A stretch of DNA of 64,000 bases from Octopus bimaculoides (GCF_001194135.2 NC_068983.1:153461112-153525111); one strand, 5' to 3'; numbered from the stretch's first letter, positions 39,072 to 51,389 are shown. Program-made: numbers and translations. The notes: a model not told the origin generated them from the letters alone.

Positions 39072-39332
39072 GGATGCGCAATGGCCCGGTGGTTAGGGCA
39101 GCGTACTCGCGGTCATAAGATCCCGGTTTCGATTCCCAGACAGAGCATTGTGAGTGTTTATTGAGCGAAAACACCTAAAGCTCCACGAGGCTCCGGCAGG
39201 GGATGGTGGCGAACCCTGCTGTACTCTTTCACCACAACTTTCTCTCACTCTTACTTCCTGTTTCTGTTGTGCCTGTAATTCAAAGGGTCAGCCTTGTCAC
39301 ACTGTGTCACGCTGAATATCCCCGAGAACTAC
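39072..39332 (+). mobile_element. tRNA-derived SINE with a distinct head and body, carrying tail X; runs into a gap
   Basis: A-box TGGCCCGGTGG (39082-39092) and B-box-like GGTTTCGATTCC (39125-39136). 39272-39332 is homologous to 8810-8872. Confidence 0.8.
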
Positions 39333-40665
39333 NNNNNNNNNNNNNNNNNNNNNNNNNNNNNNNNNNNNNNNNNNNNNNNNNNNNNNNNNNNNNNNNNNNN
39401 NNNNNNNNNNNNNNNNNNNNNNNNNNNNNNNNNNNNNNNNNNNNNNNNNNNNNNNNNNNNNNNNNNNNNNNNNNNNNNNNNNNNNNNNNNNNNNNNNNNN
39501 NNNNNNNNNNNNNNNNNNNNNNNNNNNNNNNNNNNNNNNNNNNNNNNNNNNNNNNNNNNNNNNNNNNNNNNNNNNNNNNNNNNNNNNNNNNNNNNNNNNN
39601 NNNNNNNNNNNNNNNNNNNNNNNNNNNNNNNNNNNNNNNNNNNNNNNNNNNNNNNNNNNNNNNNNNNNNNNNNNNNNNNNNNNNNNNNNNNNNNNNNNNN
39701 NNNNNNNNNNNNNNNNNNNNNNNNNNNNNNNNNNNNNNNNNNNNNNNNNNNNNNNNNNNNNNNNNNNNNNNNNNNNNNNNNNNNNNNNNNNNNNNNNNNN
39801 NNNNNNNNNNNNNNNNNNNNNNNNNNNNNNNNTATATATATATATATATATATATACATACATGCACACATACATACATACATACATACATACATACATG
39901 CATTCATATATACATGCATAAATACATACATGCATGCATACATACACACGTACGTATGTGTATATGTATGTATGTATGTATGTATGATTATGTATATGCA
40001 GAAATGAATGCATATGTATCCTTTCGTCACGGCGTAAAGTGCACAGATGCATGTAACATCTTTAGCAAACAAAACTCATTTCTGTTCACACTGTGACAAG
40101 CTTTCCATAATTTACCACGTTGCTTGAAGCTCCATCACATACATTCCTCTTCCCTCAAAGTCCCGAAGCACAATACGTATCAGCACGCACGCACGCATAT
40201 GCACACCCACGATGGCGTTTCGTTAAACTATCACCCCCTTCCACGCTTACAGAACCGAAACCTCATTAATTCGTCCATACGTCAGTTATGACTATACAAT
40301 AAAACTTGTAACGCTCCCTGCTTCACATCATACTTTCAATTAAACAGTTCACTATCTCTTAGCGTCAATATCATTGGTATTGCACAATACACACTTGAAT
40401 TAGTAGTGACAACACTGATGTGTGTGGAGGATGTGAATAATATTGTTTGTGAAGGCGAGAGGCAAGCAATGTACTCGTTTTCCTTGGCATTTAGGCACAA
40501 ATGCCCTTAGATCATATTTTCCTATTTTCTCTTTCCATATTTCTATAATATATCGCTCTTGCTAAATTTCTCTACACATAGTTTCACAATGAAGCACATA
40601 TTTTACAGGTATCAGCAACTATCTATCTATCTATCTAACTATTTCTCTCTCTCTCTCTCTATCTC

Positions 40666-40696
<31 letters not shown>

Positions 40697-41491
40697 NNNN
40701 NNNNNNNNNNNNNNNNNNNNNNNNNNNNNNNNNNNNNNNNNNNNNNNNNNNNNNNNNNNNNNNNNNNNNNNNNNNNNNNNNNNNNNNNNNNNNNNNNNNN
40801 NNNNNNNNNNNNNNNNNNNNNNNNNNNNNNNNNNNNNNNNNNNNNNNNNNNNNNNNNNNNNNNNNNNNNNNNNNNNNNNNNNNNNNNNNNNNNNNNNNNN
40901 NNNNNNNNNNNNNNNNNNNNNNNNNNNNNNNNNNNNNNNNNNNNNNNNNNNNNNNNNNNNNNNNNNNNNNNNNNNNNNNNNNNNNNNNNNNNNNNNNNNN
41001 NNNNNNNNNNNNNNNNNNNNNNNNNNNNNNNNNNNNNNNNNNNNNNNNNNNNNNNNNNNNNNNNNNNNNNNNNNNNNNNNNNNNNNNNNNNNNNNNNNNN
41101 NNNNNNNNNNNNNNNNNNNNNNNNNNNNNNNNNNNNNNNNNNNNNNNNNNNNNNNNNNNNNNNNNNNNNNNNNNNNNNNNNNNNNNNNNNNNNNNNNNNN
41201 NNNNNNNNNNNNNNNNNNNNNNNNNNNNNNNNNNNNNNNNNNNNNNNNNNNNNNNNNNNNNNNNNNNNNNNNNNNNNNNNNNNNNNNNNNNNNNNNNNNN
41301 NNNNNNNNNNNNNNNNNNNNNNNNNNNNNNNNNNNNNNNNNNNNNNNNNNNNNNNNNNNNNNNNNNNNNNNNNNNNNNNNNNNNNNNNNNNNNNNNNNNN
41401 NNNNNNNNNNNNNNNNNNNNNNNNNNNNNNNNNNNNNNNNNNNNNNNNNNNNNNNNNNNNNNNNNNNNNNNNNNNNNNNNNNNNNNNNNNN

Positions 41492-41525
<34 letters not shown>

Positions 41526-42519
41526 TATGCGTGTTTGCGCCGTTGAGGAACCCTTTGTATAAATGTTTAAATTTCATTAGCAACACTTTCATTGATGTGT
41601 GGAGGTGTATCCAATTGCTTTCGCAAATGTATTTTCATCCGTATGTTTATTTTCAATGCGTATTCATTGGCGCGCTCCCACACCACGCGCGCGTTCATGT
41701 GTGTGCGTGGCGTAGGCTCCTTGCTACATGTGCATGTCCTTATCAAATATGACAAGCAAACGTAAACAAAGCTATCTGTACTTGGGTGGTGGTTTTAGGC
41801 TGTCTTACCGTAGACAGTGGTGCTAGGAGCAATTTTTGTGATGGAATGTGTAAAGTATGTTTTCGGAGTTGGTAGCCAAAGGAATTGGTAGCCGTGACAA
41901 CCGAATACCAGGCACCATTTGTGGCGTCCCATTTATGATGTCATCTTCCTCATCACCATCATTGTCATATTCACTCCCAACCCCAAACCACCACACCCCA
42001 GCGCCTTCACCGCCGCTAACAGTCTTCATTGCTATCATCGACTACAGAATTTTCAGCGGTGTTGGCGTCGTCCTCGCTGGCAAACAGCATCGCATTCCTC
42101 ACGAAGATCATCATTATCACCCCCCCTACACACGCACACACACCTTCTTCATTGCAGTTTATCATATCCCTTATGAGATTTATCTTTGATTTGATCAGTA
42201 ACAATAATAAGAAGAAAATAAGAACAAGAAAATTAATTGATGTTACCAGCAGCANNNNNNNNNNNNNNNNNNNNNNNNNNNNNNNNNNNNNNNNNNNNNN
42301 NNNNNNNNNNNNNNNNNNNNNNNNNNNNNNNNNNNNNNNNNNNNNNNNNNNNNNNNNNNNNNNNNNNNNNNNNNNNNNNNNNNNNNNNNNNNNNNNNNNN
42401 NNNNNNNNNNNNNNNNNNNNNNNNNNNNNNNNNNNNNNNNNNNNNNNNNNNNNNNNNNNNNNNNNNNNNNNNNNNNNNNNNNNNNNNNNNNNNNNNNNNN
42501 NNNNNNNNNNNNNNNNNCC

Positions 42520-42567
42520 ACCTTTACCACCACCACCACCGCTGCTGCAACTAATACTAGTAGTAAT

Positions 42568-42618
<51 letters not shown>

Positions 42619-42680
42619 TACTGCTGCTGCTGCAACTACTACTAATCGTAACTACTACTACTACTAATCGTAACTACTTC

Positions 42681-42721
<41 letters not shown>

Positions 42722-42746
42722 TTTCTACTACTGCTGCTACTCTAAT

Positions 42747-42795
<49 letters not shown>

Positions 42796-42870
42796 GCTGC
42801 TACTGCTGCTGCCACTACTGTTGCTAGTAGTAGTAGTAGTAGTAGTAGTTGTAGTAGTGGTGGTGGTGAA
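42520..42870. repeat. (ACT/GCT)n followed by inverted (AGT)n microsatellite
   Basis: Directly visible. Confidence 0.9.
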
Positions 42871-43426
42871 TGAGAAGGCAGCGTCTATGATAACATTAAA
42901 GGCAACAAATTGCAATGGTGAGCGACATTGCAATAATCATCAGAATTCTTGAAATTCCGATGGAATTCCTATCAGAATTCAACAGTCATCAAACATTGGG
43001 TTAAAGGCTGGCAACGGTCTTCAATACAGTCTCATCAGTCAGACATCCTCCCACCCCAACATAGTATCCCTGATATATGAACAACTATAATAAAACACAA
43101 TAAAACAGGGCGTAAATGAAGATGATGGAGGAATGGGAGAAGATAGAGGAGGAAGGGGGAGAGAAAATCCAGTATTAAAAGTAACACATGGTGACTAGAG
43201 AATGAGAGAAAAAATTATTGGTTGGATGGGAGAAATAGGAGAGATGAACAGTAAAGGCATGACATTTTAAAAAAGAACAAAAAGAAAAAAAATCTAAACA
43301 AGGAGAATTTCATGAATAGAGACTGACTGAACGAAAACGAAAGTGAAAGTAGGTAAACGGGAAGTGGGAAGAAGAGAAGGAGGGTAGGAAATGTGAGTGT
43401 TATGAATGGAATGAGGGATGAATGCA

Positions 43427-43933
43427 TCTTTTTTACTCTTTTACTCGTTTCAGTCATTTGACTGCGGCCATGCTGAAACACCGCTTTTAGTCGAGCAAAT
43501 CGACCCCAGGACTTATTCTTTGTAAGCCTAGTACTTATTCTATCGGTCTCTTTTTGCCGAATCGCTAATTACGGGGACGTAAACATACCAGCATCGGTTG
43601 TCAAGCGATGTTAGGAGGACAAACACAGACACACAAGCGCACATACATATATNNNNNNNNNNNNNNNNNNNNNNNNNNNNNNNNNNNNNNNNNNNNNNNN
43701 NNNNNNNNNNNNNNNNNNNNNNNNNNNNNNNNNNNNNNNNNNNNNNNNNNNNNNNNNNNNNATATATATATATATACCACGGTCTCCATTCTTTTTCCGT
43801 CTACCAAATCCACTCACAAGGCTTTGGTCGGCCCGAGGCTATAGTAGAAGACACTTGCCCAAGGTGCCACGCAGTGGGACTGAACCCGGAACCATGTGGT
43901 CGGTAAGCAAGCTACTTACCACACAGCCACTCA
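43427..43933 (-). mobile_element. SINE family B, near full length (gap in the internal microsatellite)
   Basis: Reverse complement head gagtggctgtgtggtaagtagcttgct...ggttcagtccc, CORE-like ggcaccttgggcaagtgtcttctactatagcc, tail cagtcaaatgactgaaacgagtaaaagagtaaaa. Confidence 0.92.
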
Positions 43934-43954
43934 GGGAGAAGTTAGAAGAATCGG

Positions 43955-44170
43955 TTTCAAATTTTGGTACAAGGCCAGCAATGTTTGGAGAGGAGTAACT
44001 AACCCGATTACGTCAACTCTAGTACTCTACTGGTACTTATTTTATCGGCACCGAAAGGGGTGGATGAAAGGCAAAATCAAACTCGGTGGAATATTAACCC
44101 AGATCTTATAGGTGGACGAAATGTCGCTATGTATTTTTTTCCTGCGCGGCAACGACTCTACCAGCATGCC
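43955..44170 (-). mobile_element. SINE family A, diverged, between two family B copies
   Basis: The reverse complement contains gagtttgattttgcctttcatccacccctttcggtgccgataaaataagtaccagt...ggccttgtaccaaaattt. Confidence 0.7.
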
Positions 44171-44276
44171 CGATTAGGCATATTAATTTCTGCAACATAA
44201 TTTGTGATTTTCTTGATATTTGGAAAGATGATTAAACATTGATTTTTGACGGTATTTTATTTACGTTATTATTCTC

Positions 44277-44435
44277 ATGAGTGGCTGTGTTGTAAGAAGC
44301 TTGCTTCCCAACCACATTGCTCCGTGTTCAATCTCATTGCGTGGCACCTTGGCCAAGCGTCTTCTAATATGGCCTCGTGCGGACCAAATCCTTGTGAGTG
44401 GATTTGGTAGACGGAAACTGAAAGGAGCCCGTCGC

Positions 44436-44467
<32 letters not shown>

Positions 44468-44713
44468 CTGTGTCTGTGTCTGTGTCTGTGTATGTGTCTG
44501 TGTTTATCTCTGTGTGTGCCTGTGTTTGTCCCTCCACTATCACTTGACAAATAGGTGTTCGTGTGTTTACGTCTCCTTAACTTAGCGGTTCCGCAAAATA
44601 GACCAACAGAATAAGTACTAGGCTTACAAAGTATATGTCATGGGGTTTGTTTGCTCGACTAATGGTGGTGCTGCAGCATGGCAGCAGTCAAATGACCGAG
44701 ACCAGTAAAAGAG
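44277..44713 (+). mobile_element. SINE family B, full length
   Basis: gagtggctgtgttgtaagaagcttgcttccc...gtggcaccttggccaagcgtcttcta...(GT)n...cttagcggttccgcaaaa...cagtcaaatgaccgagaccagtaaaaga. Confidence 0.9.
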
Positions 44714-45399
44714 TATATATTTCTGTGGTGACAAAATTAAATCTGCTGACGAATAAATGACTAAGGAAACAATTAGTCACTAGCAGAGTTCCTAGAGACG
44801 ATGGCAGTTATCACTGATATAACAAAGATATTGAAAGGCATAGAGAAATAACACGCAATAGTGACAGAAATTATTGCTTAGCTAACCCGCGCTATTCTCG
44901 TCTAAATCAAGATACTGAGTTTTACTCAAACAGTTATTTAACTCTGGTTAAATATTTGCATGTTTCATAGAAATTTTACGCAAAATTATTTGCTGAACAA
45001 AGCTATTTACTTTGCAAATAGCGACTAGCACAGCATGATATTTTCACTTAAAATGATGTGCAGACAACATTAACCAAAAAAGATATGAATATACTATATA
45101 TTATGGTTTTTATTATTAATATATTTAATCAAAACAATTTTAAATGGTGTACACCTGTAAACAAAAACTGTATATTTTCTAAGAATTTTATCGATAATAT
45201 TAAATTAATATCTTAGCTATGAATTTGTATCATACATAAATGGGCGTGGAAACACAATCATACACGCATATATCATACATGAACGAGGTATATATGACGA
45301 ATGTTATGCTTTAAAGAAGAAAATTATCTATTCGTGAATATTCAACGGCGTTTGAGAATGACGATGAAAGTTGTAGTTTAGAAAACGTTAGCTGACTTG

Positions 45400-45640
45400 G
45401 AGGACTCGGTGCTATCCGAATATTTGAAAAGAGCTAACTGCATCATGATGAATCGCGCCAGGTATCAGAATCCAGATAACGGCTGCTCAATGCCCTGTGA
45501 GCACTGGAAGGATGTAAGACTTGGCATGAGCAGTTGTAACAGAGACTACAAAGCTGTGACCAGCTAAGGGGGACACACCAGGCGTTCCAAATGCGTCCAC
45601 TGGCCACTGTTCATTCCCGCAATTTGAACAGGGCTTTAGG
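45400..45640 (+). pseudogene. Possible decayed RTE-clade LINE fragment
   Basis: The translation RLLNAL*ALEGCKTW...QAFQMR resembles the RTE post-RT motif RL..AL...LLYGCETW....QAFEMR. Spacing is imperfect and stops are present. Confidence 0.3.
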
Positions 45641-45833
45641 CTCAATTCTGACCGGCTATATAAAGTTGCGAGGGACTCTAGTCAATGCCTTGCAAGACAG
45701 GATTGCTGCTAGTGGTCCATATAAGTGGCAGCAGGATTAAACATCTTGCCATACCTCAGGAAAGAGCCAAAAGTGGTTGTCCAAGAAATTGTACATTGTT
45801 TACATTGCTTGCATTTGAAGGATATTTGTTTCT

Positions 45834-45854
45834 GAGTTCGATTCCAGGCAGTGA

Positions 45855-45920
<66 letters not shown>

Positions 45921-46130
45921 TGATGATAATAATAATAACATCGAAAATACCTTAAGAATGAGAACCCAGGTTCGAAATTTCCCCAAGACACCTGATGAAG
46001 GCTGGAGGGTATATCAGCCGAAACGTTATGTTAGCAACAACCATGATAAGGACAAATATCCGTCAAATGTAAATAATGTAATTAGTATGAATAATGTACA
46101 TAATTCCTCATCTCTTAAGTATAGAACTGA
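45834..46130 (+). mobile_element. Penelope-derived non-autonomous repeat with internal (AAT)n and minimal hammerhead-like motif
   Basis: GACAC-CTGATGAA-GGCTG...CAGCC-GAAAC-GTT-ATGTT (45987-46032); (AAT)n at 45860-45938; GTTCGATTCC at the 5' edge. The boundaries rest partly on recall of similar octopus repeats. Confidence 0.6.
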
Positions 46131-46142
46131 AGAAATTGTAGC

Positions 46143-46272
46143 CCCAGTTTCTGGCCTCATAATTCATCCGACTGTAATCGCATGGATTACTCATGGAGTA
46201 CTATTTGAAGGGTGCGGTCGAGAAAGACACCAACCACACTGTCTGCAGCACAAAGGCCGAAATGTTGGTCCA
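46143..46272 (+). mobile_element. mariner/Tc1-superfamily transposase C-terminal relic
   Basis: PSFWPHNSSDCNRMDY matches the WPPNSPD(C/L)NP(L/M)DY motif; after a frameshift GAVEKDTNHTVCSTKAE follows. Confidence 0.75.
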
Positions 46273-46590
46273 GGAAAGGTATGATCGATACCTTTGTGTA
46301 CCCGTTTCATTAGACCGCGAAGACACAGCAGATACTGGACAAGACAGCCTGCCGACAGTCAAACTATGATCCACCACCCTGACTTTCGACTGTTTTATTC
46401 CTTATCGACCCTGAAGGGACAATGGACAAGGTCTAACAAACGTTTTTTTATGAATTTGTCAAATCGTCGCAAACAGATGCATCTATTTATTTATTATTCA
46501 TCCATTTATTTATCAATCTATTTAATTATCTATCCATCTACCTACCGATCTACTTGCCTACCTATCTACCTACGTACATATACATACACG

Positions 46591-46624
<34 letters not shown>

Positions 46625-49471
46625 CACACACACATACACACACAAACACACACGCGCGCGCACACACACGCACACACACGCACACACACAGAGAACACAT
46701 GCATACTAGTAATTATGCAACGTATGTAACGGGTGTTGGGGCTAAATGTGACAATTTACAAACATCTGAAAAGAAAATATCCCATCCAAAAATAAGTTTA
46801 TTTTTAAAAGGTTGGAAAATATGAAATAAATANNNNNNNNNNNNNNNNNNNNNNNNNNNNNNNNNNNNNNNNNNNNNNNNNNNNNNNNNNNNNNNNNNNN
46901 NNNNNNNNNNNNNNNNNNNNNNNNNNNNNNNNNNNNNNNNNNNNNNNNNNNNNNNNNNNNNNNNNNNNNNNNNNNNNNNNNNNNNNNNNNNNNNNNNNNN
47001 NNNNNNNNNNNNNNNNNNNNNNNNNNNNNNNNNNNNNNNNNNNNNNNNNNNNNNNNNNNNNNNNNNNNNNNNNNNNNNNNNNNNNNNNNNNNNNNNNNNN
47101 NNNNNNNNNNNNNNNNNNNNNNNNNNNNNNNNNNNNNNNNNNNNNNNNNNNNNNNNNNNNNNNNNNNNNNNNNNNNNNNNNNNNNNNNNNNNNNNNNNNN
47201 NNNNNNNNNNNNNNNNNNNNNNNNNNNNNNNNNNNNNNNNNNNNNNNNNNNNNNNNNNNNNNNNNNNNNNNNNNNNNNNNNNNNNNNNNNNNNNNNNNNN
47301 NNNNNNGTTAATTTTCTTTTAGATTGACAAACCATGAGAGTTGTGTGAAGAAAATATAGAGTGCGGTGAAGATTATTCATTGCTTTATAGAATTTGACGT
47401 TATTTGAAAGCTGGTCTCGTGACAATCAGCACAAACATGGGTAAATGACATACATATTCACTGAGTGAATGATTTAATATATTTTAATATCAAATGTTCA
47501 AGATATTAGGCGGGCTGATTAACGAAAGATCTCAATAGTGTAACTAAAACTCTTCCTAGACCACAATGAGACTGATCAAAAGATATTCTAAGCGCTACTA
47601 CCTAAGCCTATGAATTCAAAATTGACTATAATGCTATAATGCAGGAATATGCGAAAAAAGTGTATCCATTTGTTGCTAGTATGTTTCTTCGACACAAATC
47701 ACTAATCTTAACAATCCTGTTTCTTACTTCTTCGTTGCATGTATATTGAGGGCACATGTATGCGTGTGTGTATCAGTAATCTCTAGTGCGGATGCGCCAC
47801 GAATACTTGTAATGGAATGTATGCACACCATTTCCTTGATTATTGTATCAATGTGCCGACAGCGACACAGCGATCTAATGACGACTATTGTTATGGTTGC
47901 TATTTTCAGACTAAGCCTTGCTTTACTTGAGAAACTCAAAGATGAAATGTCTCCCTGGTATGACTCTATAGTCTTTATCCCTAGTTACACATTATTCAAG
48001 ATACTATTGTCCAGGCATGAGAGTGCTCTTGTTGTTACCGTTGTTCCTGATAAATATCATTATAGGTGAAAGTATTCATAAAATATGGTCGTTGAATTGG
48101 TGATTGCAGTTAGGTTTGATGTACATATATTTCTGTTGTCGATGAGTGGACTATGATTTCATGTATAATTGTAAAAATGGTTTGGCTTCATGTCACATAT
48201 AAGAATTTGAACACATTGCATATAGCAAGTCTGTGCTGCTATACACTTTTGTTTATTCCTGCCCAGTGGATATTTCGAGACATTATAAACCGGAAATAGA
48301 TTTCTGAGTCGTGCTATGTACAATGGCGCACATAACACCCTTGAATCATGATTTGGAAATGTCAACGTCAAAAAATGTACAGGGAAATTGGAAATGTCTT
48401 AGATCTCATCACTCAGAGTGCACGTTCGATATTGGGAGGGACAGTATCTCTAGTAAAATATTTGTATATTGCGTTTGAATACATATATACACACACGCAC
48501 ACACTCACACACACACGCATACGCACACACATACACGTACACATTCACACACATTCACACACATACTACACGCACATACACGCAACACTATAAAGCTATG
48601 CATGAAACAAATACATTCTCACGTACACAAACCAATGCACCCAATTATNNNNNNNNNNNNNNNNNNNNNNNNNNNNNNNNNNNNNNNNNNNNNNNNNNNN
48701 NNNNNNNNNNNNNNNNNNNNNNNNNNNNNNNNNNNNNNNNNNNNNNNNNNNNNNNNNNNNNNNNNNNNNNNNNNNNNNNNNNNNNNNNNNNNNNNNNNNN
48801 NNNNNNNNNNNNNNNNNNNNNNNNNNNNNNNNNNNNNNNNNNNNNNNNNNNNNNNNNNNNNNNNNNNNNNNNNNNNNNNNNNNNNNNNNNNNNNNNNNNN
48901 NNNNNNNNNNNNNNNNNNNNNNNNNNNNNNNNNNNNNNNNNNNNNNNNNNNNNNNNNNNNNNNNNNNNNNNNNNNNNNNNNNNNNNNNNNNNNNNNNNNN
49001 NNNNNNNNNNNNNNNNNNNNNNNNNNNNNNNNNNNNNNNNNNNNNNNNNNNNNNNNNNNNNNNNNNNNNNNNNNNNNNNNNNNNNNNNNNNNNNNNNNNN
49101 NNNNNNNNNNNNNNNNNNNNNNNNNNNNNNNNNNNNNNNNNNNNNNNNNNNNNNNNNNNNNNNNNNNNNNNNNNNNNNNNNNNNNNNNNNNNNNNNNNNN
49201 NATATATATATATATACATTGTATATATACATGTATATTTATATATGAGTGAGATATAGTGAGAAGGAGAGAAGTGTATATACATATACATAGGTACATA
49301 CAAAATACATACATGCATGTGTACATCAGAGTAGAGAGGGGAAAACTATTAATATTTTGACCTGTAAGTTGGGGAAGTTGTTAGGAAAGTCAATGGTAAG
49401 AATGCAAATATTAAACCTACAGCATCACAAACTAGGAAATAGAATAAACTAGTTATCGAAGCAATATGGCA

Positions 49472-49506
<35 letters not shown>

Positions 49507-49784
49507 AAAGAGAGACTACGAAATAGAGAGAAAAAGAGAGATTGGGAGAGCTGAATGCAAACATCAAGCACACACAACAGCCACGCACGTGTAAAAAGAC
49601 TTAAGGATGCGCAGGGAAATCTGTTTACAAAGTTATGTAAATAAGGTTTTTCATGAACGTTTTCGATTTTCCTAACTTACCATTAAAAATAGACGTCGGT
49701 GCAACTGCTGCTTCTATCATCATAAACAATCACAACAAAATCAGCACCCCTCCACCTCTTCCTCCCCTTCCACCTCATACCACC

Positions 49785-49878
49785 ACTACTACTACTGCTA
49801 CTACTACTACTACTACAACGACTACTACCATCAATACCATCACGACCACTACTGTTGCTGCTGCTACTACTACTACTA

Positions 49879-49909
<31 letters not shown>

Positions 49910-49975
49910 CACTACTACTACTACTACTACTACCACTACTACTACTACCACTACTACTGCTACTGCTATTACTAC

Positions 49976-50008
<33 letters not shown>

Positions 50009-50025
50009 CACTAACAATAATAATG
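49785..50025. repeat. (ACT/ACC)n then (GAT)n microsatellite
   Basis: Directly visible. Confidence 0.95.
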
Positions 50026-50392
50026 ATTCTTTTTCCACCACCAAATGTTGACAAAAGTATCGCTGTAGGTTCAGGACGATACAATGAGAAATCAAATAAA
50101 GAATGAACAGTAATGGAAAATAGCGAATGGTGGTAGTACTCAAAGGACAGTCGTAGAAAGCTCCCAAAATCACGATCACCTTGACTGCTCGATTCCCCCA
50201 AATGACTGTCACACTGACATACTAGGCTCCTTCTTTTTGTTATTCTATCTGATATCACGTGCTCAGAACCAACCCGTTTAGGTGGACCACGATCGATACT
50301 CTACTCCACCGTTGGACAAATCTGCTGAGAGACAGCACTTTCATCTCTACTAGGAATTTCCTGTTCAGTTGTATAACAAAAGAAACAACAAC

Positions 50393-50984
50393 GGATCTAT
50401 TTTAAAACGGGGGCCACATTTTTCATTAATGTTTTACGTAGTGTTTTTGGTACCGAAAGACTTTCAAACTTCGTATACTTATCTATTTTGTGTTATAGAA
50501 CAGAAAAATATTTTTGTATTCGAATTTATTTCATGTAAAAAATTGTCTTATTTCGATAATTTCAACCAATCACTGACAAGTATTCAGTTGTTTACATTTA
50601 CTCCTTTGGCTGATTAAGCGATGTAAAGCGTATTTAATCTCCATACCTTCGTTTTATTTGCTTTTTTTTATTTTAAATTTGCTTTAACCCTAACCCTAAC
50701 GCTAACCCTAACCCTAGGGTTAGGGTTTAGGGTTAGGGTTAATTGTTTCAGAATCGTTTGTTTATGTAGTCGGCACTTAATGTATATCGGCTGAATGGAC
50801 GTCAGTGATTGGTTGAAATTACAGAAATACGACAACTTTAACATGGAATAAATAACTTAGGGATTTCTTTTTTTTTAAAGAAGACTAAGAGAAAAAGATG
50901 TTTTATATGACACATTCTACCAGTGTTCCAAGTTTCAAAGTGTTTCGTTAATGAAAATTGTGGCCCCCGTTTTAAAAAAGATCC
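50393..50984. mobile_element. 592-bp MITE/fold-back element with long TIRs and a central telomeric palindrome
   Basis: Left GGATCTATTTTAAAACGGGGGCCACATTTTTCATTAA versus right reverse complement GGATCTTTTTTAAAACGGGGGCCACAATTTTCATTAA (35 of 37 identical). Inner inverted block TTCAACCAATCACTGAC/GTCAGTGATTGGTTGAA. No TSD is seen. Confidence 0.85.
50684..50742. repeat. Interstitial telomeric repeats (CCCTAA)n(TTAGGG)n, palindromic
   Basis: ttaaccctaaccctaacgctaaccctaaccct|agggttagggtttagggttagggttaa, centred at 50715/50716. Confidence 0.95.
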
Positions 50985-51389
50985 ATTTCTTCTACTACAG
51001 GCACAAGGTTGCTAAACAAACGGACACTGCTTGTACTTCCTCTTCCAAAGGAAGTCGATAGGACGATATTTGGAATGGACACAGCTCATGGCTGGATCCG
51101 TCCTACACATGACAGCAGGTGTTCGATGTAAACCCTCTGTGCGTGCGCCTCGGACAAGCCCAGCTGACTGTACCTCCACACTTGTAAAATTTATCCCAAA
51201 ACTGCAATGCCCCAATCACCACCACCGGTACCATAGCCAAGCCAAAGATTTTTGGAAATTGAAATTATCTATGAGGACACAGCCCAAAAGTCTCCAGGAC
51301 AGAGCAGTCAATTGATTCTCGTTGATTCTGATCGACAGCCAGTCTTCCCGAGAAAGCACTTGCCTGTTACTATCTTTCTATAGAAGTAC

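Noticed and set aside
39072-39140. tRNA-like sequence (also 38370-38435 and 43870-43933)
   Set aside because: A and B boxes are present but no complete cloverleaf, and each continues into SINE body. These are SINE heads, not tRNA genes.
50684-50742. Ancestral chromosome fusion scar
   Set aside because: The orientation is opposite to a telomere-telomere fusion, and the array sits centrally in a TIR element.
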